Shown one piece after another: positions 43,216 through 56,365 of a DNA stretch of 64,000 bases. Both the position numbers and the translations under genes were made by a program. The stretch lies in assembly GCF_009914755.1 (NCBI RefSeq), contig NC_060936.1. The stretch is one strand, 5' to 3'. Source of the stretch: the human T2T-CHM13v2.0 reference genome, Homo sapiens. Numbering within the stretch: position 1 is the stretch's first letter; every line of letters starts with the position of its first letter. A model generated the notes under the pieces. It made no database searches and was not told the DNA's origin. It was given only the letters and a program-made list of their open reading frames with translations.

Positions 43216-44501
43216 GTGACTGCTGGAGCAACTATAGAGGTAGCAGGTGGAAAAATACATTGTTCAAGCTGCGCTGCAGGCTTATGGTTCTATATGAGAG
43301 GTATCAGGATTCTGAATGCAGAACAAAGTCCAACATAAAGGAATTGGGAAGATATGTAGTAGCTATCTATGAAGTTTTTTCATTGGTGGAAAAGTTTTTG
43401 ATTTTTTATTCAACATTTATTGCACATTTACTTTATGCCTTTGGGTGCGGAGGCATCGCAGGCAAATGGGAAGTAAACTGGCCAGAGCTAGGTATGTTAG
43501 CAAAACCCCAGGCAGTAGGCTTATCTAAAAGCCAGTACTCCCACTTCTAGGGCAATAAATTACTGAGAACAGAACAGTAGAGATGGCTCAAAGTACCATC
43601 TCGGTCATGGGAACTTGGGCTCTTGGGACAAGTTGTGACTCAGGGATCATCATGGAAGCTCAGAGGTCATCAGGAGGACCTTGAATGCTGGGTCTCATAG
43701 GCAACAAAGGAGACTCAGGGACCAGGAAACATAAAAGCCAGAACATAAATTACAGCTTCCCTGTAGCAGGGATGCAGACATATGACCTGCTAACCACTAA
43801 TTAGATGACTCCAAAGGAGACTTCAGTTTGGAAGTGAGCAATCATAGGGAATGAGTTCTGTGTGGCATTTACATTTTGCTGATGAGGTGGCAGCAGCAGA
43901 TGCAGGGTAGAGTTTGATACCAAAGTAGCAGCAGCAGTGGTTTAAGTGAAGGTGACTCCCTGGCTTTTACTGCCTCATGGCAACAGCAACAGTGATGGTT
44001 TTTTTTTTTTTTAATAAAGTACAGCCTCAAATCTATTTCTCCAACACTTCCCATACTTTAAAATTTGAGAGGTGCCAGACTATGCAATCCAAAGCAATTG
44101 GTTAATCACATATTGGATTTATCATCATAATTTGTACTGAAAGATTTCACATTTTTACATGCTCAGCTCTGGAAAGTAAAAATAGTACAAAGTTATTAGC
44201 TAATCTTCAAGGTGAGATAAAGTATCTGTGACATACAAAGTGATCCCAGTATTAGCAGTAAATGTAAACATGATTTGTTTATAATATGAATATTTGTTTG
44301 ATCTGAGTGCTTCATTCATTCATTTACTGATTCCACAATTCAGGGCTTTGGGCCTGTGTTACCAAGCACTTGCTGAACATGTCATGAGCACTCTGCAAGC
44401 AGCACCTCATATCGTCAACTGTCCCACAAGTGAAGTCTTCTCCAGGCATCTCTATTTCTGCCCTTGCATCAGTTTCTCCTAGGCACCCAGGCTTGAAATA
44501 T

Positions 44502-44546
44502 TGTAATCAAGTACCCTATTTTTAACCATTTCTTTCCTTCTTTCCT

Positions 44547-44577
<31 letters not shown>

Positions 44578-44600
44578 CTTTCTTTCTTTCTTTTCTTTCT

Positions 44601-44641
<41 letters not shown>

Positions 44642-45338
44642 TTTCTGTTCTTCTTTCTTTCTTCTTCTTCTTCCTTCCTTCCTTCTCTCCCTCTCTCCTT
44701 CCTTCCTTCTTTCTTTCTTTCTTCTTTCCGTTCTTCTTTCTTTCTTCTTCTTCTTCCTTCCTTCCTTCTCTCCCTCTCTCCTTCCTTCCTTCTTTCTTTC
44801 TTTCTCTCTTTCTTTCTTTCTCTTTCTTTCTTCTTTTTCTTCCTTGTTTACTTTGTGTTTAACTTCTTAAAAATGAAGCAATAATCTTTGCTCTTTCTTT
44901 CCACCAGACACAACAATGTCCCCCTTATCTAATTATATGCTTGCTTTATAATTCAGGGACTGAATCTTAAAACAATCCAGGCACCTACAGAATTCTCCCC
45001 ACCAGGAGATTACCTGCAGCCTGCAATTAACTTACAACCCAACTGTGCCTTGGATGGCGCCAACCCATTCAGCAGATTTTGCAATAACTCAGGATAAGTC
45101 ATTGGAGCAAGTTACGCAGACTGGCACATCCTCATTCCTCTTGCATTCCCCTCATACCAAGCTTCCCTTTTGAAGTCCTTGTATTCTGCCCAAAAATTGG
45201 CATGGTTTCTTTAAGGCATGAAGCATTGGCCATTTCCCCACTGCTAGCCCTGAAATAAAGTCACTTTCCTTCCACCCCACCTCATCCTTGGTGTTTGAAT
45301 TTGTAAATAACAAGTAACTGAACGTGCATTTGGTTACG
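44502..45338 (+). mobile_element. 5' LTR (LTR47/LTR64-like by recollection)
   Basis: Colinear with 56324-58251 after removing insertions. AATAAA at ~45254; ends ttggttac. Confidence 0.85.
44529..44845. repeat. Compound (TTTC)n/(CCTT)n/(CTT)n polypyrimidine microsatellite
   Basis: About 315 bp of almost pure C/T, with an 83-bp-period internal duplication (44647 and 44730). Confidence 0.97.
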
Positions 45339-45999
45339 AGTGTTGTTGGCCCACATTGGGAGTGCTGTGCATTCTGAGCAGTCTGAGCCTGCTGGTCTGG
45401 TTTCTACTGGATGGGGCAAATTGCCACCTGTGAGCAATAGCTGCTCGTGTCTAGCTGACCCTGTAGCTGAGACTCTAGGGAGTTTCCCTGAAGCTGCTGA
45501 GATGCTTTTGTCTTGAGAAACCTCCCTTCTCTTCCTGCTGTGGTGCTGGCTGCCCCTTATGCTTCACTGGTGCCAAGAAAGTGGCAGCTGAGGTAGTTGA
45601 CAGACTTCAGAATAGGGTAAGTTGGCCAGAGTGCACCTGGCTTTCTTCTGTTTCTTTAAATGCTACTTGGGGTCTGCTCTTGTCAGACTTAGCTGCTGGT
45701 AACATCATTTGGGCTTGTATGCTGTTTGTACTTATGGTGTTACCTGAGCTTTGCTGTGTTTATACTCATCTACTTGTGGAGCCATTTGAAATTGAGATGA
45801 AGTTCAAGTTGTGGACTCTGTACCCAGCTCCTTGAGTGGGGATATGTTTGAGAGCATGCCACTTGGGATTGTGACTGTGTGAGTGTGTGACATTTATGCT
45901 TGGACCCTTAATTATCTTTCTTTATTTTTCTTGCCTGCTCAATTCAGGGATCCAGCCCTGAAGGGGAACAGTTTCTACCATACCCCTGAATGGGTCATC

Positions 46000-47080
46000 C
46001 TTTCTAAAACCCCAAAGTACTCATAACTGAGCCATGTCTAGAAGGAGGGGCCACTGTCCCTCCACAGTATGATGAGGGAATTGGAATGATCACCCCCTCT
46101 AAGATCCAACAGGCCACCTGATTTGGACAGGGCAATGCCACAGCTGGAGCAGGGCAATTCCCACTCAGGCTAATTTCTGTGGGTGGTTTGGATGAATATG
46201 GGCAGCCTGCTGGACACTATTGGACTTACAGCCCATTTTCAACGTCTGATTTATTGAATTGGAAGAGTTTCAACCCACCTTATAGAGAGGACCCTCTGAA
46301 AATGATGGACCTCTTTGAATCTATTTTGCCACCCATCAGCCCACTTGAGCAGATGTATGGGTCCTTTTAAACATGCTCTAACTGCAGATAAAAGGAGACT
46401 AGTAATGGAAAAGGCAAATGAGGAATCTTGGTGCCTCTATGAGGGTAATCCAAATAGTACCCCTAATCCCATAGGGGCTATTCCTGGCAAAAACCCTAAC
46501 TGGGATCTCAAGTGAACTAGGAGTATGGCCTGTCTGGCACATTAGCAGGCACACATCTTGGTTGGACTCAGAAGAGGACTGCTCAAACAAAAGAGTTTAA
46601 GCAAAATCCAGTCGTCCAAAAGACAAATGAAGATCCCTCTGAATTTTCAGAGTGTACTTACCAAGCCTTCCACAGATATACTGATATAAACCTGGAAGAC
46701 TCTGACAATTCAAGACTAGTGAACATAACTTTCATTCAGCAGAACATCCCAGATATAAAGAGAAAGCTAGAAAAATGGGATGCTGCACTGGGAATGACTC
46801 ATCCCCAGTTGGTGGATGTTACTTTCAAAGTATTCAGTGGCAGTGAAGAAAATAAACAAAAGCCTGGCACCACATGTGGCATAGGCAGGAAAGCCTCCAT
46901 ACTGGAGAAACCAGGCAAGCCTCTGGGTCACAACCAATGTGCCTACTGTATAGAGGAAGGCCATTGGAAAAGATAGCTGCCCAGAAGTAAAGGGGCCAGG
47001 TGGACAAAGAAAAGCAGAATCCACCCAAGAAGTCATAGGCAAATAAATGACAGGACAAAGCTGTGGCCCTGACAAAAAAT
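46000..47080 (+). pseudogene. ERV gag remnant (capsid and nucleocapsid)
   Basis: [26 protein letters not shown] (gamma-type p30), FIQQNIPDIKRKL, knuckle NQCAYCIEEGHWKR. Stops and frameshifts present. Confidence 0.9.
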
Positions 47081-47082
47081 AG

Positions 47083-49824
47083 GGATGCCTGGAGGCTCCC
47101 TTAAATCTCTTGGAACCAATTAAAATTTCCCCACAGGAGCTTCCAGTTATAAATGACAATGGGGAACAAGCTAATCCATTTCCTGGTTGACACAGGTGCT
47201 ACTCACTCAGTTCTTAACACCCCAGAAGCAAAAAGCACCAAAATAACAGTACCTATAATGGGAGTTGCAGGAGGGATACAACAAAAAACTTTCTTACGAC
47301 CTCTAGAGTACAAACTGGGAGACCCGGAACTAAGACACAGCTTTCTCTATATGTCAGACTGCCTAATCCCCCTGCTGGGATGGGACCTGCTATGTAAATT
47401 AAATGCTTAAGTTATTCTTCCCCTAGAGAAGCAGCAATTGTGCTTACGGGTCCTGCTGGAATAGGTGCTGTGACTACAAATGCTGCTCACTTACTCTGAG
47501 AAAGGGGAAGAAGAAGCCTTTCCTCCAGAAAACTATAAAAGAGTGCGTAATTGCATTTGGGCAGATGAGATACAGGGAAAAGCCAAAAACACACACCCAA
47601 AGCACATAGAAATAAAAGAGGGGGATAGGGTGCCTGGAGAAAGCAATATCTATTAAAAAAAAAAGAAGACTTAGAAGGAATACAACTTCTTCTACAAAAA
47701 TGTTTGAAAAAGAAACTGATTCATTTTTGTAGGTCCCTACATAACCCTCCTATCCTGCTTGTGAAAAAGCTGCACTGTGATGAATTATCAGTTTGTCCAG
47801 AACTTGAGGGCCATTAATAAAATAGTATAAGATATTCATCTGACAGTGCCTAACCCATATACATTATTAACTTTTATACCCAGAAAATACAGGTGGTTTT
47901 CAGTGTTGTATCTAAGACGTCTTTTTCTGCATCCTGATTGAGGAGAGAGCCCAGCAATTATTTCCCTTTGAATGGCAGAATACAGAGACCAAAACAACCC
48001 TTGAATATTATTGGATGGTGCTGCCTTAAGAATTCAAAAATTCGCCCACTATCTCTGGGAAAATAATGGAAAAAGACTTGAGGTGCTTATAACTAGATGA
48101 AGGAATTCTGCTACAATGTATAGACGACTTAGAGCAAGCCATGATTCTGAATAATGCTTGTCCAATACTATTCTAGTCCTAAAGCATCTGACCAATGTGG
48201 ATATAAGGTATCCCCACAGAAGGCCCAAACCTGCAAATGAGAAGTAACCTATCTTGGCTTTGGGTTAAGACGGGACAAATGAAGCCAATGACTGACTGAA
48301 AGCAGGCAATAGTAACCATCAAAACTCCAAATAATAGAAGGCAATTGCAAGGATTCCTAGGAATGGCTGGCTTCTGTCAAATTTGGATTTCTAATTTGGG
48401 GCTAATGGCTAAACCATTTTATGAAGCTTTAAAAAGATTGAACTCAGAGCCCCTGCCCTGGACAGATGAATGTCAACAGACATTTTATGCCAACAAAGAA
48501 AAACTGCTATCAGCCCTAGTGTTGGGATTGATGGACCCCTAGAAGTTCAAACTCTATGTCCATGAGAAACAAGGCACAGTCTGGCTGATCCAAAGGCTAG
48601 GAGATATTCCACAACCCATAGCCTATTTCTCTGGCAATTGGACCATGGAGCAAGACAAAAAGCACATGCAGGACTGGGAGTTTGATAAAAACAGACCCAG
48701 GAAAACTGATGCTTATGGAACAATTCTACTCCCTAAGGCCATGGTTTATTTAATTTTAAGACATCTACATGAGGAGACATATTATAGGAGAGATGCTCTT
48801 GCTTACCTAGTGTGGCCCTACTCTGAAGCCCACACACTTCCAGAAAATGATTCATAAAATAACACAAGGATGTGTTTTATGTGCTGAGAATATTTCCAAG
48901 ACTGAATGAAGTCCCCCCAACAGAGGATACAATACAAATGGATATGCTCTTTTGAGGAATGGCAGGTAGACTTCATTCAAATGCCCATGGCCAGTGGAAA
49001 TTGCAGATTTCTTTTGGTATTTGTAGACACATTTTTTTGGATGTGTCGAGGCATACCCCACAAAATCTCAAGGGCTACAGATGTAGCCAAAGCATTGTTG
49101 AAGGAAATAATCCCGATTTGGACTCCCATGCACTATACAGAGCTACAGGTTCTTCCATTATTTCAGAAGTTACCCAGAAGATAAGTCAAGCATTATAGAT
49201 TAAATGGAAATTGCATTCATCATGGAGACCACAATAGATGGGAAAAACAGAGAAGATGAACCACACCTTAAAGAAGACAATAGCCAAACTCTGCCAGAAG
49301 ACTGATCCAAGCTGGGATGAAGTTTTGCCTATTGCTTTGCTCTGATCAGGGTAGCACCCCAAAGCGGGCTTGGATGAAATCCTTTTGAAATTATATATGG
49401 GAAACTCTTCTAGATCTCCTTGCCAGGGATTCTGCCTTTGGATTTCTTAAGTGAGTCTAGAATTAGGCAACACATGCAGCAATAGTGACAAACATTACTG
49501 ACTATGCATCAGCTTCCTCTCTCCACGTCTGCCTACCCTACAGATGAGCCCCTTCCAGGAGACAAGGTGCCACTAAAGTCGTGAAAAAAATGTCTGGATC
49601 AAAAACTGGCTGAAAAGTGGACTGGACCCCATGATGCGCTGCTGACCACTCATTGATCAGTCAAGCTGTCATCCAGTCATCAGTCTGGAGTAAGACTATG
49701 GGTCCATAAATCTCAAACAAAGGCAGCCCCACCCTGGCCTGACCACGCAGAGGAGCCTGCTTGGACATGTAAACCAAAAGAGGAGTTAAAACTACTACTT
49801 AAGAAAAACTCTGTAGAGAAGTAA
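47083..49824 (+). pseudogene. ERV pro-pol remnant (protease, RT, integrase; RNase H region missing)
   Basis: FLVDTGATHSVL (protease); FVQNLRAIN, WMVLP*EFKNSP, LLQCIDDL and QGFLGMAGFCQIWI (RT); WQVDFIQMP and LLVFVDTF (integrase). Confidence 0.92.
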
Positions 49825-49849
49825 CATTTTTTGGGTAATTTCCTATAGA

Positions 49850-50642
49850 ATGAAAACCTTGTTAGTGCCTTCAATTTTAAATTTATTATTACTGTCTACT
49901 GCTGCCACCACTAACCTTTTCCTGCAATGGGCACAACAGTATGCAGATGGTTGACAGCAGGACTCCTGCTGAATCTGTGGCCTATTGCCTTTCTCTAGCA
50001 GCCTGGGCCTGTCTTGGTAAGTATCACCTATACAGAGAAGTGACTGGCCACACTTGCAAGCCTTCATAGAAGACCTTAAGGAGTAGGTTAGGGGCACAGA
50101 TGTCAGGTGTTACCAGAAAAGACATAACCCATGGCCCATAATAAGACTCTCAATGAATCTGGACATGGAAAGCCTTTTTCATGGAAATGTAATATAGGAA
50201 AGGGGAATAGCATTGCTCACCCTTCTACTGGACAAAGAAATGATAATCTAAGACATAAAGCCCCAGTACTCTCACTCTAAGAATGAGTTTCTTCAAATCT
50301 AGAATGGCTTTTTATGGCTGACAGCATCAATGGTACACTTAAGTCCCCTTTTTCTGGGGGCAGTGGAATCATACCCTAGACTGGAGTCAAATAGTGCTGG
50401 AGGCATGGGTTGGATTCCCTCAGAACAATGTCAACCTACCATAGTTGTATAGAAAAGGGACTTGTTTGCAATAAATTGGTCCCAATGACCCAGCCTTAAC
50501 TGATATGTTCCTAATGGAACTCATTGGTTATGTGCTACAAACCTCTTGTGCTGGCTACCATGATGATGGCTAGGATGCTGTACTCTGGGCCTCTCCTGGG
50601 CTCAGGGACACTGGGAAAAGACTGTAGAAAAGCCTGCCAACC
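49850..50642 (+). pseudogene. ERV env SU remnant, envR(b)/ERVPABLB-1-like
   Basis: MKTLLVPSILNLLLLSTAATTNLFLQWAQQYADG*QQDSC*ICGLLP...GAQMSGVTRK...KTLNESGHGKPFS...NGTHWLCATNL...WLGCCTLGLSWAQG. Multiple stops. Confidence 0.88.
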
Positions 50643-51731
50643 CATGGGCAAAGATTTCATGATGAAAATGTTAAAAGCAATTGCAACAAAAGCAAAAATT
50701 GACAAATGGGATCTAATTAAACTAAAGAGCTCTGCACAGCAAAAGAAACTATCATCAGAGTGAATAGACAACCTACAAATGAATGGGAGAAAATTTTTGC
50801 TATCTATCTGACAAATGTCTAATAGTCAGCATCTACAAGGAGCTTAAACAAATTTACAAGAAAAAAAAACAACGCCATCAAAAAGCGGGCAAAGGATATG
50901 AACAGACACTTCTCAAAAGAAGACATTCATGTGGCCAAAGAAACATGAAAAAAAGCTCAACATCACTGATCAGTAGAGAAATGCAAATCAAAACCACAAT
51001 GAGATACCATCTCATGCCAGTCAGAATGGAGATTATTAAAAAGTCAAGAAACAACAGATACCAGCAAAGCTGTGGAGAGATAGGAATGCTTTTACACTGT
51101 TGGTGAGAATGTAAATTAATTAGTTCAACCATTGTGGAAGGCAGTGTGGCAATTCCTCAAAGACCTAGAACCAGAAATACCATTTGATCCAGCAATCCCA
51201 TTACCAGAGGAATATATACCCAGAGGAATATAAAACATTCTATTATAAATATACATGCAGGTGTATGTTCATTGTAGCACTATTCACAATAGCAAAGACA
51301 TGGAATCAACCCAAATGCCCATCAATGATAGACTGGATAAAGAAAATGTGGTACATATACACCATGGAATACTATACAGCCATAAAAAGGAATGAGATCA
51401 TGTCCTTTACAGGGCCATGGATGGAGCTGGAAGCCAATATCCTCAACAAACTAATTCAGGAACAGAAAACCAAACACTGCATGTTCTCACTTATAAGTGG
51501 GAGCTGAACAATGAGAACACATGGACACAGCAGGGGGAACAACACATACTGGGGCCTGTTGGGGGGTCAGGGGGTGGGAGAGCATCAGGATAAATAGCTA
51601 ATGCCTATGGAGCTTAATACCTAGGTGATGGGTTGATAGGTGCAGAAAACCACTATGACACATATTTACCTATGTAACAAACCTGCATGTCCTGCACATG
51701 TATCCTGGAACTTAAAATAAAATAAAATAAA
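50643..51731 (+). mobile_element. 5'-truncated LINE-1 (L1PA11-13-like)
   Basis: ORF2 C-terminal ORFs 50783..51106 and 51184..51507. 3'UTR 'gagagcatcaggataaatagctaatgc...cttaatacctaggtgatgggttgatagg' and (TAAAA)n tail. Confidence 0.9.
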
Positions 51732-54700
51732 AACACACCTATAAATCAAAAACACAACAAAAAAGTGTCTAGGTAACAAGTAACATAATGAGTGAAACAG
51801 TACCTCAGATCTCAATATTAACGTTGAATGTAAATGGCCTAAATGCTCCATTTAAAAGATACAGAATGGTAGAGTGGATAAAAAAAAATCACAAACCAAA
51901 TATCTGCCGTCTTCAAGAGACTCTCCTAACATGTAAGGATGCACATAAACTCAAGGTAAAGGGATGGGAAAGAATATTGCACACTAATGGAAACCAAAAG
52001 CAAGCAGGAGTAGCTATTCTTTTATCAGACAAAATGGACTTTAAAGTAACAACAGTAAAAAAAGACAAAGAAGGACATTATATAATGATAAGAGGATTAG
52101 TCCAACAGGAAGATATTACAATCCTAAATATATATGCACCTAACATTGGAGCTCTTGAATTTATAAAACAATTACTACTACAGCTAAGAAATAAGATAGA
52201 TAGCAACACAATAACAGTGGGGGATTTCAATACTCCAATGATGGCACTAGACAGGTCATGAAGACAGAAAGTCAACAAAGAAACAATGGACTTAAACTAT
52301 ACCCTAGAGAAAGGAACTTAACAGTTATTTACAGAGCATTCTACACAACAACTGCAGAATATACATTAGTTTCATCAGTACATGGAACATTCTCCAAGAT
52401 AGACCACATGATAGGTCACAAAACAAGTCTCAATAAATTTAAGCAAACTGAAATTATATCAGGTAGCCTCTCAGACCACAGTGGGATAAAACTGGCAATT
52501 AACTCCAAAAGGAACCCTCAAAACTATGCAAATACATGGAAATTAAATAATCTGCTCTTGAATGATCTTTGGGTCAACAATGAAATCAAGATGAAAATTA
52601 AAAAATTATTTGAGCTGAATAATAGTGACACAACTTACCAAAACCTCTGAAATATAGAAAAAGTGGTGCTAAGAGGAAAGTTTATAGCATTAAATGTCTA
52701 CGTCAAAAAGTCTGAGAGAGTGCAAATAGACAATCTAAGATCACACCTCAAGGAACTAGAGAAACAAAGAGAAACGAAACCCAAACCCAGCAGAAGAAAA
52801 GAAATAACACAGATCAGAGCAGAACTAAATGAAATTGAAAGAAACAAACAAAAAATTACAAAATACAAATAAAACAAAAAGCTTGTTCTTTGAAAAGATA
52901 AACAAAATTGACCATTAGCAAGACCATTAGTAAGATTAACCAAGAAAAGAAGAGAGAAGGTCTAAAGAAGCTCAGTTGGAAATGAAATAGGAGCTATTAT
53001 AACATACCACAGAAATACAAAAGATGATTCAAGGCTATTATGAACACCATTACATGCACAAACTAGAAAATCTAGAGGAGATGGATAAATTCCTGGAAAT
53101 ATACAACCCTTTAGATTAAATAAGGAAGAAACAGAAACTCTGAACAGACCAATAGCAAGAGAGATTGAAACAGTAATTTAAAAAATTGCCAACAAAAAAA
53201 GTCCAGGACCAAATGCATTCACAGCTGAATTCCATCAGACATTCAAAGAAGAATTGATACCAATCTTACTGAAACTATTCCAAAACATAGAGAAAGAAGA
53301 AATTCTCCCTAAATTATTATATGAAGCCAATATCACCCTAATTCCAAAATCAGGAAAGGACATAAAAAAGGAAACTACAGACCAATATCCCCAATGAACA
53401 TAGATGCAAAAATCCTCAACAAAAAGCTAGCTAACTAAATCCATCAGCACATCAAAAAGAGAGCACATCATGATCAAGTGGTTTCATCCTATGGAGGCAG
53501 AGATGATTTAATATATGCAAGTCAATACATATGATAAGTCAATAAATATGATAAATAAACAGAATTAAAAACAAAAACTGTATGGTCATCTCAATAGACA
53601 TACAAAAAGTATTTGACAAAATTGAGCATCACTTTATGATTAAAACCCTCAGCAAAATTGGCATAGGAGGGACATACCTCAAGGTAATAAAAGCCATTTA
53701 TCATCCTGGTTAACACGGTGAAACCCTGTTTCTGCTAAAAATACAAAAAATTAGCCAGGCATGGTGGCAGCTGCCTGTAGTCCCAGCTACTCGGGAGGCT
53801 GAGGCAGGAGAATGGAGTGAAACCCAGGAGGTGGAGCTTGCAGTGAGCCGAGATCAAGCCACTGCACTCCAGCCTGGGCGACAGAGCAAGACTCCGTCTC
53901 AAAAAAATAAAAAAATAAAAAATAAAAGCCATTTATGACAAACCCACAGCCAACACTATACTGAATGGGGAAAAGTTGAAAGCATTCCCCCTGAGAACTG
54001 GAACAAGACAAGGATGCCCACTTTCACCACTTCTATTCAACATAGAACTGGAAGTCCTAGCCAGAGCAATCAGACAAGAGAAAGTAATAAAGGGCATCCA
54101 AATTGTTAAAGAGGAAGTCAAACTGTTGCTGTTCACCAATGATATGATTTAGATCTTGGTAGGACTGTATACCTAGAAAACTAAAGATCCATCCAAAAAG
54201 CTCCTAGATCTGATAAATGAATTCAGTAACATTTCAGGATACAAACAGAAACACATCCCATACTCATGGATGGGTAGAATCAATATTGTGAACATGGCCA
54301 TGCTGCCAAAAATAATCTACAGATTTCAATGCAATTCCCATCAAAGTACCATCACCATTCTTCACAGAACTAGAAAAAACAATTCTAAAATTCATATGAA
54401 ACCAAAAAAGAACCTGCATAGCCAAAGAAATCTTAAGGAAGAGGAAAAAATCTGGATTTGTTCAAATTACCCAATCTCAAACTAAACTAGAAGGCTATAG
54501 TTACCAAAACAACATGGTTCTGGTATAAAAATAGGCACATAGACCAATGGAATAGAATAGAGCACCCCAAAATATAGCCAAATACTTACAGCTAACTGAC
54601 CTTTGACAAAGCAAACAAAAGCATAAAGTAGGAAAAGGACACTCTATTCAACAAATGGTGTTGGGTTAATTGGCAAGCCACAGGTAGAAGAATGAAACTG

Positions 54701-55880
54701 GATCCTCATCTCTCACCTTATACAAAAACCAACTCAAGATGGATCAAAGACTTAAATCTAATACCTGACACCATAAAAATTCTAGAAGGTACCATTGGAA
54801 AAACTCTTTTAGACATTGGCTTAGGCAAAAATTTCATGACCAAGAACTCAAAAGCAAATGCAACAAAACAAAAATTGATAAATAGGTCCTAATTAAATTA
54901 AACAGCTTCTGCACAACAACAATAAAAAATAATCAGCAATCAGTCAACCCACAAAATGGGAGAAAATATTTGAAAACTATGCATACAACAAAGGACTAAT
55001 ATCCAGAATTAACAATGAATTCAAATAAATCAGTAAGAAAAAAGCACATAATTGCTTCAAAAATTGACCAAAGTACATGAATATGCAATTCTCAAAAGAA
55101 GATATACAAATGGCCAACAAGCATATGAAAAATGCTCAGCATCACTAATTATCAGGGAAATGCAAATTAAAACCACAAGGAGATACCACCTTATTCTTGC
55201 AAGAATGACCATAATTAAAAAATAAAAAAATAACAGATGTTGGTGTGGATGTGGTGAAAAGGGAACACTTCTACACTGCTGGTGAAAATGTGAACTAGTA
55301 GAACCACAATGGAAAACACTATGGAGATTCCTTAAAGAACTAAAGTAGAACTACCATTAAATCCAGCAATCCCATGACTAGGTATCTACCCAGAGGAAAA
55401 TAAGTCCTTATATGAAAAAAGACACTTGCACATGCAAGTTTATAGAAGCACAAATCTCAATTGCCAAAATATGGAACCAGCCTAAATCCCCATCTACCAA
55501 TGAGTGGATAAAGAAAATGCGATATATATATATAACCATGAAATACTACTCAGCCATAAAAAGGAACAAAATAATAGCATTTGCAGCAACCTGGATGGAG
55601 TTGGAGACCATTATTCTAAGCAAAGTAACTCAGAAATGGAAAACCAAATATCCTATGTTCTCATTTATAAATGGGAGCTAAGCTATGAGGATGAAAAGGC
55701 ATAAGAATGATATAATGGACTTTGGGGACTCGGGGAAGTGTGGGAGTGGGGTTAGGTATAAAAGACTACACATTGGGTACAGTGTACACTGCTTGGGTGA
55801 CAGGTGCTCCAAGTCTCAGAAATTACCATTAAAACTTTTCATGTAACTAAAGGCCACCTCTTACCCCAAAACTATTGAAA
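51732..55880 (+). mobile_element. LINE-1 L1PB1, ORF2 to 3'UTR, with internal deletion near 54245
   Basis: Endonuclease ORF 51788..52261 (ILTLNVNGLN...GDFNTP). 3'UTR 'gctaagctatgaggatg.aaaggcataagaatgatataatggactttgggg'. Confidence 0.9.
53702..53920 (+). mobile_element. 5'-truncated AluY
   Basis: 'taacacggtg', 'ggagcttgcag'; 16-bp TSD aataaaagccatttat. Confidence 0.92.
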
Positions 55881-56240
55881 ACCTGAGTAGTGTATGTATA
55901 CATCCTAGACAACTCAGGAAATCTCATTAGCCCTGCAAGATATGCATAAACAAATTAAAGCTATGTCTGATCCCACATTGTCACCAGATCAATGGTTTGT
56001 GCCCTGGTTTGGGTCAGAACCATCCTGGTGGGAAAAGTTACTTGTGACCTTGACCATAATTGCGGGAATAGGCATACTTCTTTGCTGCAGATTCTACTGC
56101 TGTTGTACATTCTGCATGGAAATGCAAGGTAAACTCTCCCAGAGACTTGCAAATCTCCAACAGTTTTCATCTGTCAGCCCAGGTATGTGAGAATATTTCC
56201 AGTTCCAGTAGATCAGTTCCATGACAATGTCCTTTAACTA
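55881..56240 (+). pseudogene. ERV env TM C-terminal remnant
   Basis: Decayed ECCVYIPDNS-like stretch, then ORF 55942..56190 (DQWFVPWFGSEPSWWEKLLVTLTIIAGIGILLCCRFYCC, a transmembrane helix). Confidence 0.85.
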
Positions 56241-56365
56241 CATCCTCATTCAGCAGGAAGTAGGCAGAATGAACACATCGCCCATGTTCCACAGAAATGG
56301 AATGGAATTTGGCAGTGGGGAGTTGTAATGAGTACCCTATTTTTAAATATTTTTTTGTTCCTTTC

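Noticed and set aside
51788-52650. Functional L1 endonuclease
   Set aside because: ORF breaks at 52261, there is no promoter or ORF1, and downstream ORF2 is disrupted.
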